Shown: piece after piece, positions 63,408 to 64,000 of the stretch
Layout of the letters: each line of letters opens with the position of its first letter
How positions within the stretch are numbered: the first letter of the stretch is position 1
Assembly (NCBI GenBank): GCA_964355955.1
Contig: CAYHFQ010000003.1
Coordinates: 31,777-95,776, forward strand
Length of the DNA: 64,000 nt
Source: an uncultured Gammaproteobacteria bacterium
Lineage (GTDB): Bacteria > Patescibacteriota > Patescibacteriia > UBA9934
Reading direction: 5' to 3'
The notes under the pieces: generated by a model
Told to the model about the DNA's origin: nothing
What the model saw: the letters and a program-made list of their open reading frames with translations, nothing else
Databases searched by the model: none
Made by a program: the position numbers and the translations under genes

Positions 63408-64000
63408 TTATTTTAGTTTCTTTATCGTTTTCTTTTTAGGTAGAAAGTTTTCGCCGGTGATGACACTTTTGCCTGTCTTATTCTCCAGTTCTTTGCGTGC
63501 GTTCTTAGCGACTTGGCCACCTTTTTTGGCCGGTATTTTATTCTCTGTTAAACCTTTAGCCTCCATGCTTTCGGCGATTTGTCGCGTCGACATTTCGGCG
63601 AGGGCGGTGAGAATGAGCTCAGCTTCATTCATGTGATCACGAAGATTGTTGGCTGGCCCGAGACTCTTCAACTTCTTATGATCTTTGATGTTCAAGTCGG
63701 CCCACTGCTGATGAATAATATTGGTGAGAATGGCGTACTCGTCGCCTTTTTTGACGCCGTTCTCCTGCCAATAATCAGTCAGTTTATTGCGCGTCTCCTG
63801 CCCCATCATGCGTTGCTGAATCCATTTTTCGCTGCGACCGTACTTCTTCCATAACTCGCGAGCTCGATCGATGCCTTGCGATGGATCCTGGATCTCGGCG
63901 ATGCGCTCGGTGCCGACTTTGGCGAGCCAGAGTTTTAGAGGTTCGGCTTTTGGTGAGGGGATGGATTGGATGAGACGCAATAAATCTTGTATTCCAGCTA
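63408..64000 (-). CDS. DinD / phage antirepressor-like protein (C-terminal region); the N-terminus lies beyond the window end.
   Basis: ILTALAEMSTRQIAESMEAKGLTENKIPAKKGGQVAKNARKELENKTGKSVITGENFL resembles the DinD C-terminal region. The frame is open to the window edge. Confidence 0.45.
   Translation of the reverse strand, partial: AGIQDLLRLIQSIPSPKAEPLKLWLAKVGTERIAEIQDPSQGIDRARELWKKYGRSEKWIQQRMMGQETRNKLTDYWQENGVKKGDEYAILTNIIHQQWADLNIKDHKKLKSLGPANNLRDHMNEAELILTALAEMSTRQIAESMEAKGLTENKIPAKKGGQVAKNARKELENKTGKSVITGENFLPKKKTIKKLK

Noticed and set aside
1-64000. CRISPR arrays, rRNA genes, riboswitches, prophage or IS transposase genes.
   Set aside because: I found no regular repeat-spacer structure, no rRNA-like conserved stretches, no recognisable riboswitch cores, and no transposase or integrase ORF. 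The repeats present are dispersed palindromes without an encoded mobilisation gene in the window.

Overview
The window reads as a compact bacterial chromosome segment, most likely a CPR/Patescibacteria-type or reduced Gram-positive-type genome. I infer that from the gene content: an LCP family protein, giant N-anchored surface proteins, a DUF5665-like small protein, and two class IIb tRNA synthetases, one with the archaeal-type AspRS C-terminus. Nothing else tests that assignment. The backbone is housekeeping genes: pyk, nrdR, ftsZ, ftsA, ybeY, dgkA, hflX, cdd, rpsU, hisS, lepB, der, pth, dprA, folC, topA, rel, parAB, scpAB, aspS, asnS, a P-type ATPase, four tRNAs (Val, Met, Leu and initiator fMet), and a two-gene operon encoding a 637-aa and a 3127-aa surface protein. 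Layered on this are several things that ordinary annotation would not explain. (1) A GC-rich ~5 kb array of seven tandem paralogous genes, five full-length and two truncated, each with its own conserved promoter-like motif and terminator hairpins seen after the first two, sits between ftsA and ftsZ. (2) A family of 110-150 nt structured intergenic repeats occurs after the stops of der, dprA and folC and near ftsZ; three nested stems co-vary between copies and the units occur in both orientations. (3) A 35-nt GC-rich palindromic element occurs intergenically, where it supplies a Shine-Dalgarno sequence, and is inserted in-frame and in the same frame inside hflX and scpA, encoding SSPSYGG(V/A)RGG. 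(4) A second palindromic family, TTTTCTGTGGATAAGTGGTCTAC..., carries DnaA-box 9-mers and a variable, co-varying inner stem. Smaller items: a translationally coupled FicT/FicA module, a DUF3800 gene with no canonical start codon, a possible HEPN-like two-gene islet, a stand-alone RNA polymerase alpha-CTD-like protein, and GC-rich orphan genes. All calls rest on reading the sequence and the supplied ORF translations; no database search was run.
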